NCBI RefSeq assembly: GCF_006345805.1
Contig: NC_042997.1
Coordinates: 202,182,001-202,246,000, forward strand
Source of the DNA: Octopus sinensis
Taxonomy: Eukaryota
DNA length: 64,000 bases
Direction of reading: 5' to 3'
Part shown: one piece after another, positions 37,495-50,830 of the stretch
How the letters are laid out: every line of letters starts with the position of its first letter
Position numbering within the stretch: position 1 is the first letter of the stretch
Notes under the pieces: generated by a model
The model's input: the letters and a program-made list of their open reading frames with translations, nothing else
Told to the model about the DNA's origin: nothing
The model's database searches: none
Translations under genes and position numbers: made by a program

Positions 37495-37690
37495 ATACAT
37501 ATATACATATACGACAGTCTTATTTCAGTTTCCATCTACCAAATCCACTAACAAGGCTTTGGTTAGCCCAAAGCTATAGTAGAAGACACTTACCCAAGGT
37601 GCCTGACTAAGGTACCACACATTGGAACTGAACCTGAAACCATGCAGTTAGCAAGTGAACTTCTTAACCATACAGCCATGCCTGCACCAT
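37045..37690 (-). mobile_element. ~400-bp CORE-like SINE with a hammerhead-bearing insert in its internal (TA)n
   Basis: Tail at 37045-37240 and head at 37510-37690 are separated by the 37255-37446 insert. Confidence 0.75.
37353..37390 (-). ncRNA. Minimal type I hammerhead-like motif (variant core, decayed stem III)
   Basis: Minus strand: TCTTT-CTGTTGA-A-GAGC-GTAG-GCTC-GAAAC-ATA-AAAGA; 5-bp stem I and 4-bp stem II. Confidence 0.6.
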
Positions 37691-38627
37691 ACCTGTCTTT
37701 CACAAAATTAGTACCACAAAAACTATACTTTTACGAAACTAGTACCATCGGCATTGTATACCGTTAATATCACAAATGGTTGTTACAGATTACTTGTATT
37801 GATGCTGTCCTTCAGCAAAATTAAGGAAACAAATTCTTGCTATTGCAAAATCAATTTTGTAAAATAATTTAGTTGTTTGTCAGCATAAACTTTGTGTTTG
37901 ATCTCTAAAGAGGGAACGTTTCCTTATAACACAATAAAAACTTGATATCTCATTTCAAGATATTTGCCTAAAGAACATAATCAATTTTCATGATAATTTA
38001 TTTTTGCCTGAACTTCATTTCTTAAACATTCATTTTCTCGAACTGGCAGAATCAGTAAAGCATCAAAAAAATTTGCTCTGGTTTTTTAAGTGCCAAGTTC
38101 AAATTACACCAAGGTCATATTTACCCTTCATTCTTTTAGGGTTGATAAAGTTCCAGTTAAGTATTGGGGTTTGTGGTATCACTTTACCCTTCCCTTCAAA
38201 ATTACTGGCCTTCTACCTAATTCATAAACCTTTATATATAAGGATTTGATGATGGCGATTATTTATTTCACACCTCTTCATCCCTTCCTTGATGCCCTGC
38301 TGCCAGTTTTGGTCTTCGTCACAGACCCTGAGTCATAAACGTTTCATTAGCTGCTCCTGTCTAGATTGTAATTGGCTGTAATTTTGTGGTTGAAAAATAA
38401 ATGAACTCTCTTCCATATGACTCATTAACTGATTATGATTGATCGTTTGTTGTTTCTCAATTAGTGTCTAGGTTGTTCATTAGGAAAAGTTTATAAGAAA
38501 TGTTTTGTTGTTGTTATTTAGCCCCAGGTCAATTCTGATCAAGCACATCTATAATCAAAGACTTCTATCCATGACTGTCCAATCTTATTTTTCAGACATA
38601 GTTTTAGGAACTATTTCTAACATAGAA

Positions 38628-38823
38628 CAATGGTTCTCAAGCACAGATCCCAGGCCAACATGTGTCCTTCAAGCATGCTTCCAGTGGCCCCTGATGGTCT
38701 TCCCTTCATAAATACAATAATTTTTTCTTTAATTGACTTGCGTTTTACTTTTTTTGATGCAGCCCCCTAAAAATATTCAGGTTTTGGATCCAGCCCAGGT
38801 ATTAAAAGGGTAGAGAACCACTG
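38628..38823. mobile_element. hAT-type MITE
   Basis: CAATGGTTCTC ... GAGAACCACTG terminal inverted repeats; TSD not recognisable. Confidence 0.6.
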
Positions 38824-39121
38824 GAATGGAGGTTTTCAAATTGGCTTCCAGGTATGGGTTAGAAAGGTATATTTATCTCTCCACCCTGCAGATGGAGGCT
38901 GGATTTATCCAATGTTTATATGCTTCCACTACTGGTTGCATATTTTTGTGAACTACATCTGCCAACATTATGAAGTAACTCTGAGCCCCCAGAAACAGCT
39001 GTCAGGCTTGTAACATCATACTTTCTCCCCCTTATGTTTCTGTGTTTTTGTACCCTGTGTAAGTTTGTTTTATTAATATATATTCATATATATATATAAA
39101 TGTATATATCTATACATTTAT

Positions 39122-39373
39122 ATTTCATTTTTGGATTTGGTTTGCAAGATTCTTTATATGAGTTCATGTGTTGAAACATATTCTGTTGTGTCTGGGGAGA
39201 GTCATTTTCTTTTTGTGCCTTATAATGTAACACTCTCACCAGTAAAATTTCCACTTATTTCTTATTTTTTATTTATAAAAATATAAATAAAAATAAGAGG
39301 AAATTTTCCCGGTGAGTGTGTTAAATTATAATGCACAAAAAGAAAATGACTCCCCCCAGACACAACAGAATAT
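39122..39373. mobile_element. Inverted-repeat element, family of 5384-5634
   Basis: Same sequence with arms in the opposite orientation; next to (TA)n. Confidence 0.6.
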
Positions 39374-39375
39374 AC

Positions 39376-39438
<63 letters not shown>

Positions 39439-39840
39439 ATGAATATTCATCATCTGAAAATTGTAAGTCTCTGCTTTCTCTCTGTTTACATGTATACATT
39501 TATGTATATTTTCTATATCTAACCCAAGTAGTTTCATTCATATATTTGCATCACTATCTCCATACCTGCACACCTGGATTCCTCTTATAGCCACTCTTTA
39601 CTCAATAAAGACACACACACACACACTAATTAACCAGCTAGTTGAGTAATAATAAAAGAAGTGAAAGAGAACCAGTGTGTGTGTATTATTAGTATAATAA
39701 CCCTCCCAGTTTCACATCAAGAATTTTCCAAACCAAATACAAAAATTAAATAGTAATTAAAAATATCTAATTTATTGTATTTTAGCTAAAATTTTGTATT
39801 GATAACCTCATTATTTTATATTTGTTTTTCTTTATTGTAG

Positions 39841-40039
39841 ATGCATTTTATCCCAACAACAATCTAAAGAATTTAAAGGAAGAAGTAAACTGATTGGGTA
39901 CCTCCATGCAACTTGCACATACCAGCTATCTAACCTCAGTCCTTAACTGTGGTGATATATAAGACAAACATCAAGATGCCGTCTTTAAATTTACAGTATC
40001 CAAGCTGGTCATATATTACTTTATAAACAGTGGACCAAG
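39841..40039 (+). other. Candidate non-coding exon (5' UTR or lncRNA)
   Basis: Long pyrimidine tract ending TTTATTGTAG|; donor CAAG|GTAAGT; unique sequence; stops in all three frames. Confidence 0.55.
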
Positions 40040-41344
40040 GTAAGTTCTTTTATACAATTTGGTTTTTTTTTCTATCTTTTACACACACATACACACATAC
40101 CACGCATTCACATACATTCATGCACTGATGAATTATTGTCTCAAATGGGATAGCATAAACAGTTAACCTCGCTTCCTAACCACAGGGTTCCGGGTTCAGT
40201 CCCACTGTGTGACACCTTGAGCAAGTGTCTTTTCTTAAGCCTCAGGTCAACCGCAGCCTTGTAAGTGGATTAAGGAGGCAAAAACTAACTGAAACCCATC
40301 ATATATATCTATTTCTTTAGTGCCCACAGGGGGCTAAACATGGAGGGGACAAAGAAGGACAGTCAAAGGGATTCAGTTGATTATATCAACCCGAGTGCAT
40401 AACTGGTACTTAATCTATCAACCCCAGTACATAACTGATACTTAATTTATCGACCCCAAAAGGATGAAAGGTAAAGTCGACCTTGACGGAATTTGAAATC
40501 AAAATGTTACGGCAGACAAAATACTGCTAAGCATTTCACCCAGAGTGCTAACGATTCTGCCAGCTTGCCACCCATCACATATATCATCATCATCATCATT
40601 TCATGTCCATTTTCTATGCTGGCATGGGTTAGACGGTTTGAGTGGAACTGGTAAGCTGGAGAGCTGCACCAGGTTCCAGTCTGATTTAGCTTGGTTTCTA
40701 CGGCTTGATGCCCTTCCTAATGCCAACCACTCCGAGAGTGTAATGGGTGCTTTTTATGTGCCACCAGCACAGGTGCCATTTACATGACACCTGTAATGGC
40801 CATGACTACAGTTCTGCTTGGTTTTGATGAGTCTTCTCAAACACAGCATATTGCCAAGGTCTCGGTCCTTGTCATCACCTCTGTGAGGCTCAACATTCAA
40901 AGATCATGCTTCATCACCTTGTCTCTGACCTCCGTGGGGCCCAACATTCAAAGATCATACTACCATCAATATCCACAATTACAATTTCACGGGTGTCATT
41001 TACATGGCACCAACAACAGCCATGACTGTGATTTCACTTGCATTGACAACTCGTGTGTGAGTGTGTCTATTTGTCTATGTTTGTCGCCCTCCCCCATTAT
41101 TTGTTGCCCCATTACTGCTTGACAAACTGTGTTGGAATGTTTATGTCCCTGTAACTTAGCAGTTCAGCAAACGAGACTGATAGAATAAGTACTAGGCTTA
41201 AGAAATAAGTCCTAGGGTTGATTTATTCGATTAAAAATAAACTCTTCAAGGCAGTGATCCAGCATGGCCACAGTCAAATGACTGAAAGTAAAAGAATTAA
41301 AGAATTAAGGAATGAATATCCTCCAATTTGCTTTTGGTCTTATA

Positions 41345-41645
41345 TCATCATCATCATCATCCTTTAACATCCGCCTTCCATGCTAGCATGGGTTGGACGA
41401 TTTGACTGAGGGCTGGCGAACCAGATGGCTGCACCAGGCTTCAATCTTAATCTGGCAGAGTTTCTACAGCCAGATGCCCTTCCTAACGCCAACCACTCTG
41501 AGAGTGTAGTGGGTGCTTTTACGTGCCACCAGCACAAGGGCCAGTCAGGCGGCACTGACAACGACCTCGCTCGAATCTTTTACACATGCCACCAGCACAG
41601 GTGCCAGTAAGGCGATGCTGGTAACGATCACACTCGAATGGTGTC
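41345..41645 (-). mobile_element. RTE 3'-tail-derived repeat; others at 6215-6395, 40585-41040, 44105-44600, 56008-56250 and 63893-64000
   Basis: (CAT)n-TTTAACATCC...CATGCTAGCATGGGTTGG...GATGCCCTTCCTAACGCC. Confidence 0.8.
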
Positions 41646-41730
41646 TATATACACTTGAATAATTTACAGTCGAGTACCAGGCCACTTGGTAGGTCAGTTG
41701 CTTACTTCCTTACCAGTAATACTAAAATAT

Positions 41731-42023
41731 CACGTGATCACATGACCGACCAGACCATCAGATGTTGTTACACATTGCTGGTCACAATGCGTTCGCATTG
41801 TTTTAGCCTTCGAATGACGCCACCCCACTGGCTAAGCGAGTAGGCCAATAGAAGAAAGAGTGGTGAAAGAGTACAGCAGGGATCACCACCCCCTGCCGGA
41901 GCCTCATGGAGCTTTTAAGTGTTTTCGCTCAATAAACACTCACAACGCCCGGTCTGGGAATCGAAACAGTGATCCTGTGACCGCGATTCCGCTGCCCTAA
42001 CCACTAGGCCATTGCGCCTCCAC
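41731..42023 (-). mobile_element. Young tRNA-derived SINE
   Basis: Near-identical to 31282-31589; 13-bp TSD AATACTAAAATAT. Confidence 0.88.
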
Positions 42024-42339
42024 AATACTAAAATATATTCAGTAAAATTACTTAACAGTGTCTAAATAAGATTTTTTAATTTAGCTCAACGGTATTTATT
42101 AAAATACATTTCTAAAAACATTAAGTATTATGATATATTTCAGTACTTATTTAGAAGTAATTAAGCATAAAAGTCATTTTTTTTTATTATTATTTTTACC
42201 TGTCTTGTATAATAATTCTCATATCTTATTGCTTTTTTGGAATTACCATTTTTGTTGCTTTGCATTCCTGACAATTAGCTCTCCAATAAAATATTTTGCA
42301 TGGCTTATTATTGTTCATTAATTTCAATGTCTTCAGTCT

Positions 42340-42455
42340 ATGTGTGTGTGTGTGTGTAATATACATATATGTATATATATTTATATGTGTGTGTGTGTGT
42401 ATAGATATATATGTGTGTGTGTGTGTGTATATATATATATGTGTGTGTGTGTGCA

Positions 42456-42486
<31 letters not shown>

Positions 42487-42610
42487 GTATGTGTGTATAT
42501 ATATGTGTGTGTGTGTGTCTATATATATATGTGTGTGTGTATATATATATGTGTGTGTGTATATATATATGTATGTGTGTATATATATGCGTGTGTGTGT
42601 GTTATATATA
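42340..42610. repeat. Compound (TG)n/(TA)n microsatellite
   Basis: Directly visible. Confidence 0.95.
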
Positions 42611-43365
42611 ACATTAAAATAATTATTTTTGACAGTCATTTTTTAATTTTTTATCTATTTTTATTATTTTTTTGAGATATGGTTATGAGGATAAATTTTA
42701 TATTTGTCTTTGATTACAAAAATTATTTTTTTAAATTAGCTAGATTTGTAATTTGAAAGCTCTAATGGTAGTTAAAATATTTGATAAATGTTTTACTGAT
42801 AGAATAATGTTGAAGGGGTGGGGGAGAGATTTGGTTTCAGTTGTTAGATTTAGAAAACAACTTTCGGTTTTTTTGTTGAATCTTATTTTCCTCAGAAGAT
42901 TACTTCTGTAATTTTGTCTTTCATTGGGATGAATCCAATATTTATTTAAACTGAGATATAATTACAAATAATTTTAATATTTTCCAAATGATTCAAAAGT
43001 ATAACAGTATGTATGTGCAGGTGTGGTTGTACGGTAAGAAGCTTGTTTCCTAACCACATGGTTCTGGGTTCAGTCCCACTGTGTGGCAAGTGTCTTCTAA
43101 TATAGCCCCAAGTCAAACAAAACCTTGTGAATAGATTTGGTAGACAGAGACTGAAAGAAACCCATCATATATATAGTTCTGGGTGTTGGAAGAAAGTTAC
43201 CTTCAAGCAATCCATAGTAAATATACAAAACAACTTTCAGGAACAACAGTGGTTTATTGAGACAGAAGGTTGTGGATTTTTTTCTTATCGAAGTTCAATA
43301 AATTGACAAAAGATCTTTTTATATTTCACAGTAGGCCACCAGGGTTGCCAGGTATGTGAATAAGA

Positions 43366-43576
43366 ATACAAGAGTTAAGGAATGGACTAGACAAGATCCA
43401 GGCTACGTATATTTCATAGCAAGCGGAACCTCAGAAGTGGTAAATTAAGATATCCTTGGCCTGAAGAGTAGCCTGTAGCATACACTTCACCTGGATATTT
43501 ACCAGTTCCAAAGTTCCACTCACTATGAAACATATGTTTCCTGCATCTTATCTACTCCATTCCTTAACTCTTGTAT
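43366..43576. mobile_element. Inverted-repeat short element, probably PLE pseudo-LTR derived, with a hammerhead motif
   Basis: 43366-43445 is an imperfect reverse complement of 43497-43576; followed by (TA)n; homologous to 46720-46840. Confidence 0.7.
43458..43541 (+). ncRNA. Decayed type I hammerhead ribozyme motif
   Basis: GGC-CTGAAGA-GTAG...CTAT-GAAAC-ATAT-GTT-TCC; the inverted arm and the 46736 copy restore GCTA(T)-GAAA and GTA-GCC. Confidence 0.6.
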
Positions 43577-43581
43577 GTATG

Positions 43582-43612
<31 letters not shown>

Positions 43613-46234
43613 CTCATTGCAATCCGGTAGCCCCTCCCCCCAACTCTATATATACCCAGGTCTTCCATCACTCACTTGCAATCTTTAATCACACTCCCTT
43701 TGCAATATCCTGTCACTTATATTATGGCATTTGAACCTCAAGGGTATGCCCTGGTACTTGCCATCAGCTATATCTCTCTCTTCCTTTACTCAACCATCCC
43801 ATTTATATTCTGATCCCCGTTCCTTGTGAGTATGCTCAGCATTTTGCCACCATCTCTATCCTGCTGTCTCCCACTCTCTCTCACTCTCTCTCTTTCTTTC
43901 TCCTCTTCTCTCAGGTTGTCAATTGTGTATTTTCTTTGCGGTAGCACACCTGTTTCTGTCTTCATTCCTGATCTTTCTCTCTCTGACCAGGTAACTTGTA
44001 CTTCTTCGGCAAGACACCTGTATCTGTCTCACTATAACCTTTTCCTCATCACCTCCTCCAGTGCCCCCTCCCTTCTTAAAAGTTTTTGTCTTGGTGACCC
44101 TGTAAGTACTTGATGATCCTTCAGTGCAGGTACCACTTAAAAAGCACCCAGTCCACACTGTAAAGTGGTTGGTGTTCAGAAGGGCATCCAGCTGTAAAAC
44201 CTTGCCAAAACTGACCTCGCCTGTGCTTGTGCCATGTAAAATGCACTTCTCACTTCGCCACAAAAAGCACTAAGTCCACTCTGCTGAATGGTTGGTGTTA
44301 GGAAGGGCATCCAGCTGTAAAAATCCTGCCTAACATCATGGAAGTCTGGTGCAGGCTTCAGCTTGGCCATCTCTTGTTGTACCATTCCACCCATGCTAGC
44401 ATGGAACATGGACGTTAAATGATGATGATGATGATGATATCTATACTCTTGAAGTAGTTGGCATTAGGAAGAGCATCCAGCCATAGAAACCATGCCGAAT
44501 CAGACTGGAGTCTTGTGCAGCCTTCCAGTGTGCCAGCCCTGATCAAACTGTCCAACCCATGCCAGCATAGACAACAGACATTAAACGATGATGAATTTGT
44601 TGTTGTTGATGATGATGATCATCATCATCATCATGTGTGTGTCTTTTTGTCTATATATGTTTCCCACCATTGCTTGACAAGTAGTGTTAGTGTGCTTATG
44701 TCCCCATAACTTAGCATTTTGGCAAAACAGACTGATATAATTTAGTACCAGACTTTAAAATATAGTACTGGGGTCAATTCATTCGACTAAAATTTCTTCA
44801 TGGTGGTAAGCTAGCATGGCCACACTCCAATGACGGAAACAAGTAAAAGATACAAATTTCAGCATATTGGAAATATTACAAATCAAACAAACTATTTCAG
44901 TACATTTTTGTGTAATTTAACTTCATTTCGTTTGGTTGGTTTCTGGATTTCAAAAGCCCAGTAAAACATTTAGAATTTTATTTTGTTAAGTTATCTGCGA
45001 GGTCAGCTAATCTAAAATATCTTGAGCGAATGTCTTGTTGTTGACGTCTGACTTTATTTAACATCAACTGAGGAAATTCTAAGGTTAGTTGTAACTAATA
45101 AAATAAGTTTGCAATGATAACACAAATTGCATTTTTTTTAAATGACATTCTATGGATGTGTTTCAGTCTAGTTTTCGCAATAAATGATGTTTGCTTTCAG
45201 TCTTTCCATTGCTTTAATAATGTAAAAGAAGAGATTTCTCAATCTGCTGAATGCCAGGATGTGTGTGTGTGTTATTCCATATGTGTGTGTGATTCCATGT
45301 GCGCGTGCGTGTGTGTGTGTGTGTTGATTCCTTTATTAATATTGTTCAAATGCAAAATTAAATCAATATACAGGAGAGGTCTGAGGTGGCAAACTGGCAG
45401 AATCGTTAGTACACTATGCAAAATGCTTAGTGGTATTTTGTCTGTCTATATTCTGAGTTCAATTCCCACTAAGGGTGACTTCATCTTTTATCCTTTTGGA
45501 GTCAATAAAATAAGTACCAGTTGTGTTCTGGGGGTCAATGTAATCAACTTATCCCCTTCCCCAAAATTGCTGGCCTTGTGCCAAAATTTGAAACAAATAT
45601 ATAGTAGAGGTTTAGACTAGTAAACTTAGGTATTGCAGAGAAACCAGTCCAAATAGCTACTTCAGAACTGATATGACTTCAATCTTTCCCAGGTATTTAA
45701 AGATAAAAATATTAAGATTTCCCTGAACCAAACCATTCTAAATCTAAAGTCTTACGTACTCCAAGAAATGAAAGGTTCTTTGTTTCAATAAAATTGTAAT
45801 CAAGACTCTTACAGTTTTATATGGCTTCTGTCATCACCAATCAAATCACTCTTAGTGAGGGAAACCTCTCTGCTTGACATAGCAGCTAAATCAGCTAAAT
45901 CTCAGCCCACACTAAAGGAAGTGCACATTGGATAATGTAGCCATGAACATACAGAAAGACGGGATGGTCAAGGCTGGAACGTCTTTAATCAATCTTAACT
46001 TGGAGCTAACAACAACAGCAAACATTGAACAACTCTATGATTAAGAAACTCACTTTTAAAACCATTTGCTTTTCAAAATAAGCCTCTTCACCACATTGCC
46101 ATGCCTGCACCTCTCGTTGACTAATAAATGTGAAAATTGAATAAATCTATGGAATAATGTTAAAGAATTAATGATATATTCCTTCAACGTTTTTTGCTTC
46201 TTTTTATATATTTATATATATATATATATATATA

Positions 46235-46840
46235 TCTGCCTCTTCCCGCTTCGTAAACTTACAAGTACATACGCCAACATGCTTCATACTACTACTTCAT
46301 ACTGTAAACATGTTCACCACACACAATATACATTTCTTAATTGAAAGCTAGTAGTAGCCACCACGATTCTTCTCCATTCTCTCTTGCTTTCTTCATGAAT
46401 AATTTTTTCTCCTGGCTTGACCAAAAATATTTCCCCACCCTCTTCTCTCCACATCTTTCTTTTCAAATACCACTCCCCTTGCTAATTTCTGTGATTTGGC
46501 CAAAATAGCTCTGTTGAATATTTCTAGTCAAATAACCTTGCTTAAATTCCTCATTCTTCTCACTCTCTTATGTTGTCTTATTTTTTCCTTTTTCTTTTTC
46601 GTAACCCTAATTTCTCTCTACATTTATATTCTCCATTCCTGTTCTTTCTACACATTCTGATTCTGAATCTTCCATGTGTTAACACGTACCTCCTTGCAAC
46701 GATGTAAACCTTCATTTAATCAAGATATCTTTGCCCTGAAGAGTAGCCTGCGGTATACACCTGACTTGAATATTTACCACATCTGAGGTTCTACTCCTAT
46801 ATGTAGCCCAGATCTTATCAACTCCATACCTTAACACTTA
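46235..46840 (+). mobile_element. Probable PLE 3'-end remnant between (TA)n tracts, with GAAAC-deleted hammerhead at 46733-46810
   Basis: AAGATATC..TG.CCTGAAGAGTAGCCTG...ATATGTAGCC matches 43447-43570; left boundary inferred from the microsatellite. Confidence 0.55.
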
Positions 46841-46901
46841 TATATATATATATATATTAGTCCAACCCATGCTAGCATGGAAAGCGGATGCTAAATGATG
46901 A

Positions 46902-46950
<49 letters not shown>

Positions 46951-46981
46951 ATATAATATATATATATATATAGATATATAT

Positions 46982-47029
<48 letters not shown>

Positions 47030-47175
47030 ATATACAAATATTCTATAATTATAAACATAATTATAATCAGTGGTCAGCTAATTGCTTCGCCACTCACTGA
47101 ATTTTAAAATAGGAGTTAAAATGTCTTTTCTGTTACCATAAAGATCTCCCAGACAATAACACACTTTTTTACATA

Positions 47176-47219
<44 letters not shown>

Positions 47220-47229
47220 TACACACACA

Positions 47230-47441
47230 CAGGGTGCTCCAGAAGTCGTGCACCACCCTGGTTTTATAAAAAAAAGTACACCCTTATTGATTTCAAAAAC
47301 ACTTTATTGAAAATAATCATAACAAATGCTCAAATTGAGCAGCCTCTGCAATAAAAAATGCATCAGTTATAAACGTAAAATGAATTGCGTGAATAATTTT
47401 TAATGAAAACCAGCATGGTGTGCGACTTCTGGGAGACCCTG
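47230..47441. mobile_element. Tc1/mariner-superfamily MITE
   Basis: ~36-bp imperfect TIRs CAGGGTGCTCCAGAAGTCGTGCACCA / TGGTGTGCGACTTCTGGGAGACCCTG; TA on the right flank. Confidence 0.8.
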
Positions 47442-48989
47442 TATATTACTGAGACATTACTTTACGGCTAGATGCCCTTTCTGGTTATTAACCCTTCCTC
47501 AAATGAAGAATAATTTGCTCAATGCATCATTGTGAGTGCAAAATAGTGCTCAGTTTATCAACTGGAGAAATGACAATGTCACTGCTTGTGGCCCAGCAAT
47601 TTTCAAAGAAATGCAAACAAACACACACACAGGGCGTCTTTCAGTTTCCATTTTCTGCATTACTGCCAATTTCCACAATTTGGCCATAAGTAAATACACA
47701 ATAAACATTGGAATTTTTAGGTATTTCCTTCATTTTTAGGTATTTTCTTCTGGACTGAGCAGTTGACTTATGTTGTGACTTAAAAATGAAATCTTTCATA
47801 AAAACCATGAAAATTCACAGCTACAGCATTTATTCTGAATTCTACCAAAATTTCAGAACCAACTTGAAACTTTTTTTTTTTTGTTAATGAAATAATAAAA
47901 AAAGACTGATAATTTCCTCCTATTCTTAATTATATTTAATTTAAATATAGATTTTTTTTTTTAAATCAATCAAGTAGATTGCTAATGAAAATCTATGCAT
48001 GAGTAAGAAGAATATTGTTTGACTTGGTACCATTCTGTTTGTAGTGTTTAACAAAAATTCTTTGATTTAGATTTTATTTATTTATTTATTTGATTTTGGT
48101 TTAATTAATATGTTGCATAGATATGCTCTAGAAATATAGATTGTGTTGAATAATTTAATCATAATGAGAATTTTAGTTGTAGCTTTCTTGGTTTTAATCA
48201 TATTAAGAAAATTATGGCAAAATCACATGAGGAAAATAAAGATGGTGGCATGAGAAGAATCAATGAAATGATTTAATTACTACCACAGAATGGGGAGAAA
48301 GTTTCAGAAAATGTTAGAAAATTTAAGATAAGAGAAGAACAGAACAACATATTTATTAGGCTCAGGCAATGGAAACTAGTTTGTGTTTTACTATAATGAA
48401 GCCATTGATGTAGAAGTTGTGTTAATAGGGGATCATAACCAGAAACTGTTTATGGATAGTAGTTGTAATTATCTTGGGATTTCATTTGAATAATTTTAAT
48501 AGACTGATAAAGAAAATACCATTATCGTCAATCTTTAGTCATTACTGTTAATAGTCCTAGGATTCACAGGGCCGGTTATCTGCTTTCCTGGTGACCGAGA
48601 TTAAAACATTTCCCCCTGGATAGGATACCAGTCTGTCATAGGGTGACTCATTTACACATGAATAGACATTGTGAAATGAAGTGTTTTGCTCAAAAGCACT
48701 ACAGACCACTCAATCCAGGAATTGTAAAAATGGTAGCTGCAACACCCTAACCATTGGGACAGGTGGCTTCACTAATTAAACAAGGTTGATTAAGTACTAA
48801 TTATGATTCCATCCTCAGTTGCAGGATTTTTCAAGGGAGCGAGGGGCAGGTGTTTCATTTTCCTTTCACTTGTTGTAGAGTGTTTTAGTGACCAAAATTA
48901 TTTCTTTTACATATTGTTATTGCCTGTATGAAGGGATTTAAATTTAGACTTTTTAATCTTTCTTCATTCATTAGATTTCCTCTAACCTT

Positions 48990-49347
48990 GTCATTCATTC
49001 ATTGTTCGACCATGGTTGAGACAATGGAATTTACTATGTTACACCAGACTTCACGGTCCATCATAGCATTGCGGAAGTCCCGTTGCTGGATGCCTGTATC
49101 CCTGGAGATTACATCAGGGTAGGAGAGTATGCGCCCTCTGGTATCGCGAGCAGATGGCTTCCAGAGGAGAAGAGTAGAAATTACCTCGTTTTCAGCTCTA
49201 CAACAATGTCCAGCAAACTGGACTCTTCTACCTTTCACAAGAGATGATACAGGTGGTAATTTCCCATATATTTGTACTTTGGTTGGATGACACTTCCACA
49301 AGAGATTTTGAGCTCTCATAAGGAGGCGAGTGTAAGTTCCATCCAAC
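48990..49347 (-). mobile_element. 5'-truncated RTE-like LINE (second family): ORF C-terminus and (GAAT)n tail
   Basis: LDGTYTRLL...GRRVQFAGHCCR...LLLWKP...YPDVISRDTG...MMDREVW. Confidence 0.8.
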
Positions 49348-50419
49348 TGTAGACTGTAGAGTATTACAGTCAACAACATTCAACATTATTCTCACCTGTT
49401 CATTTGAATTCCTTTAGATATTCTTTTTTATGGACCAGTGAGGAGGAAAAAAGCATGAACTTTCAAAGATCTCCAAGGTTGACAATATACTATGCAAAAC
49501 TATATAAAAGGTGCTTCATACAGTCGAGTGTTGCAAGTTGCATGGCTGGTCTCTCTCTATACAATGTATCCCCAATGTTGTTGTGTGTGATCTCAACAAT
49601 GAACCCCACATATTTGATTTAATCTCTTCCTTTGTTACAAATGCCTTTAGCTGTCTGTGCTTTTTGGTACTTTTGCACTTCACATTCTGCATACAATTGC
49701 AGCTCATGTCTAAATGCAATACAATCATTTCTCCTGCTTCTATCAACTGACATCATTAATTCCCAGTTACTTTTATCATCTCATATTTATTGGTGTTTTT
49801 TCGGTTGCATTGTTCCAGTAACTAAACTGCAGCCATGCTGGGGCACAATTTTTATGGGTTCAGCCAAACAACTCAACCCCTGCACTTGTTTTTAAGTCTG
49901 GTACTTATTCTGTTGGTTTCTTTTACCAAACTGCTAATTTACAGGAACATAAACAAACCAATACAGGATGGGATGTCAAACTGTGACTGAGAACAAACAC
50001 AAAGTCAAGTACAAAGTGTCTGTCTATCAAATCCATCCACGAGGCATTGGTCGGCCTGGGGCTATAGTAGAAGACCCTTACCCAAGGTGCAGCACAGTGG
50101 GGCTAAACCCAAAACCAGCGATAGCAAAGTGAACTTCTTAATGACCATTCTTAGAGATATGTTAACCATGAATATATGTCAGTATGGATGTTTCGACAGG
50201 AAAAGTAGCTGTTTCATATTTTAACCTTTTCTTACTCTATTTCTGCCTTTGATTAATTTTGAAAAGAATGAAAAATTTATTGAAATATGTTTGTCAGTTT
50301 TAAGCTGGTGTTTTGGAATTTCAATGGAAGGTTTTAGTTACAATCACTTTAAATGAAAGACAATGATGATATTTTGTTTTGATTTCTTGTGAAGAGATTA
50401 GGGTCCAAGCAAGACTGAC

Positions 50420-50830
50420 GTAATTCATAACTGATTCTTGATACCTTGTTGTTGTTCTTTCCTTTGTGTTGGCCAAATATACTTTCCCGAAGTAAAACAT
50501 GTTTAAGCCTGGTTCTGTTATCATTTCTCTCTTTTATGTACATTGTAAACAAAGATAAAATGCAAAATTTCTAGTATTTGTGCATATTGCTGTGTTTGTG
50601 AGATACATTTATGTTGCTAAATACGATGGAAACATGTATTTGATGTTATCTGGTGCTTCTGCTAAGAAAGGAAACTGTAGATGTGTTGATAGGTGAGGCA
50701 CTAATTTGAATTTCTGCTGTTTTGGAGCCAGAATTCTAAGATGATTTATGTAAGGTTGGAGTTGTTATGCAGCTGAATCGGGAGATTGGTTGGAGGATAT
50801 GTTTTGGAGCCGTGTTTCTAAGTTCACAGA
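50420..50830 (-). pseudogene. Possible highly decayed PLE GIY-YIG fragment
   Basis: FGKVYLANTKERTTTRYQE resembles the K.YIG.T.R....R..EH motif; weak. Confidence 0.3.

Noticed and set aside
42226-42675. Long His/Thr/Tyr/Cys/Val-rich ORFs (also 32348-32895, 8989-9256 and 53699-54001)
   Set aside because: Translations of microsatellites or low-complexity DNA
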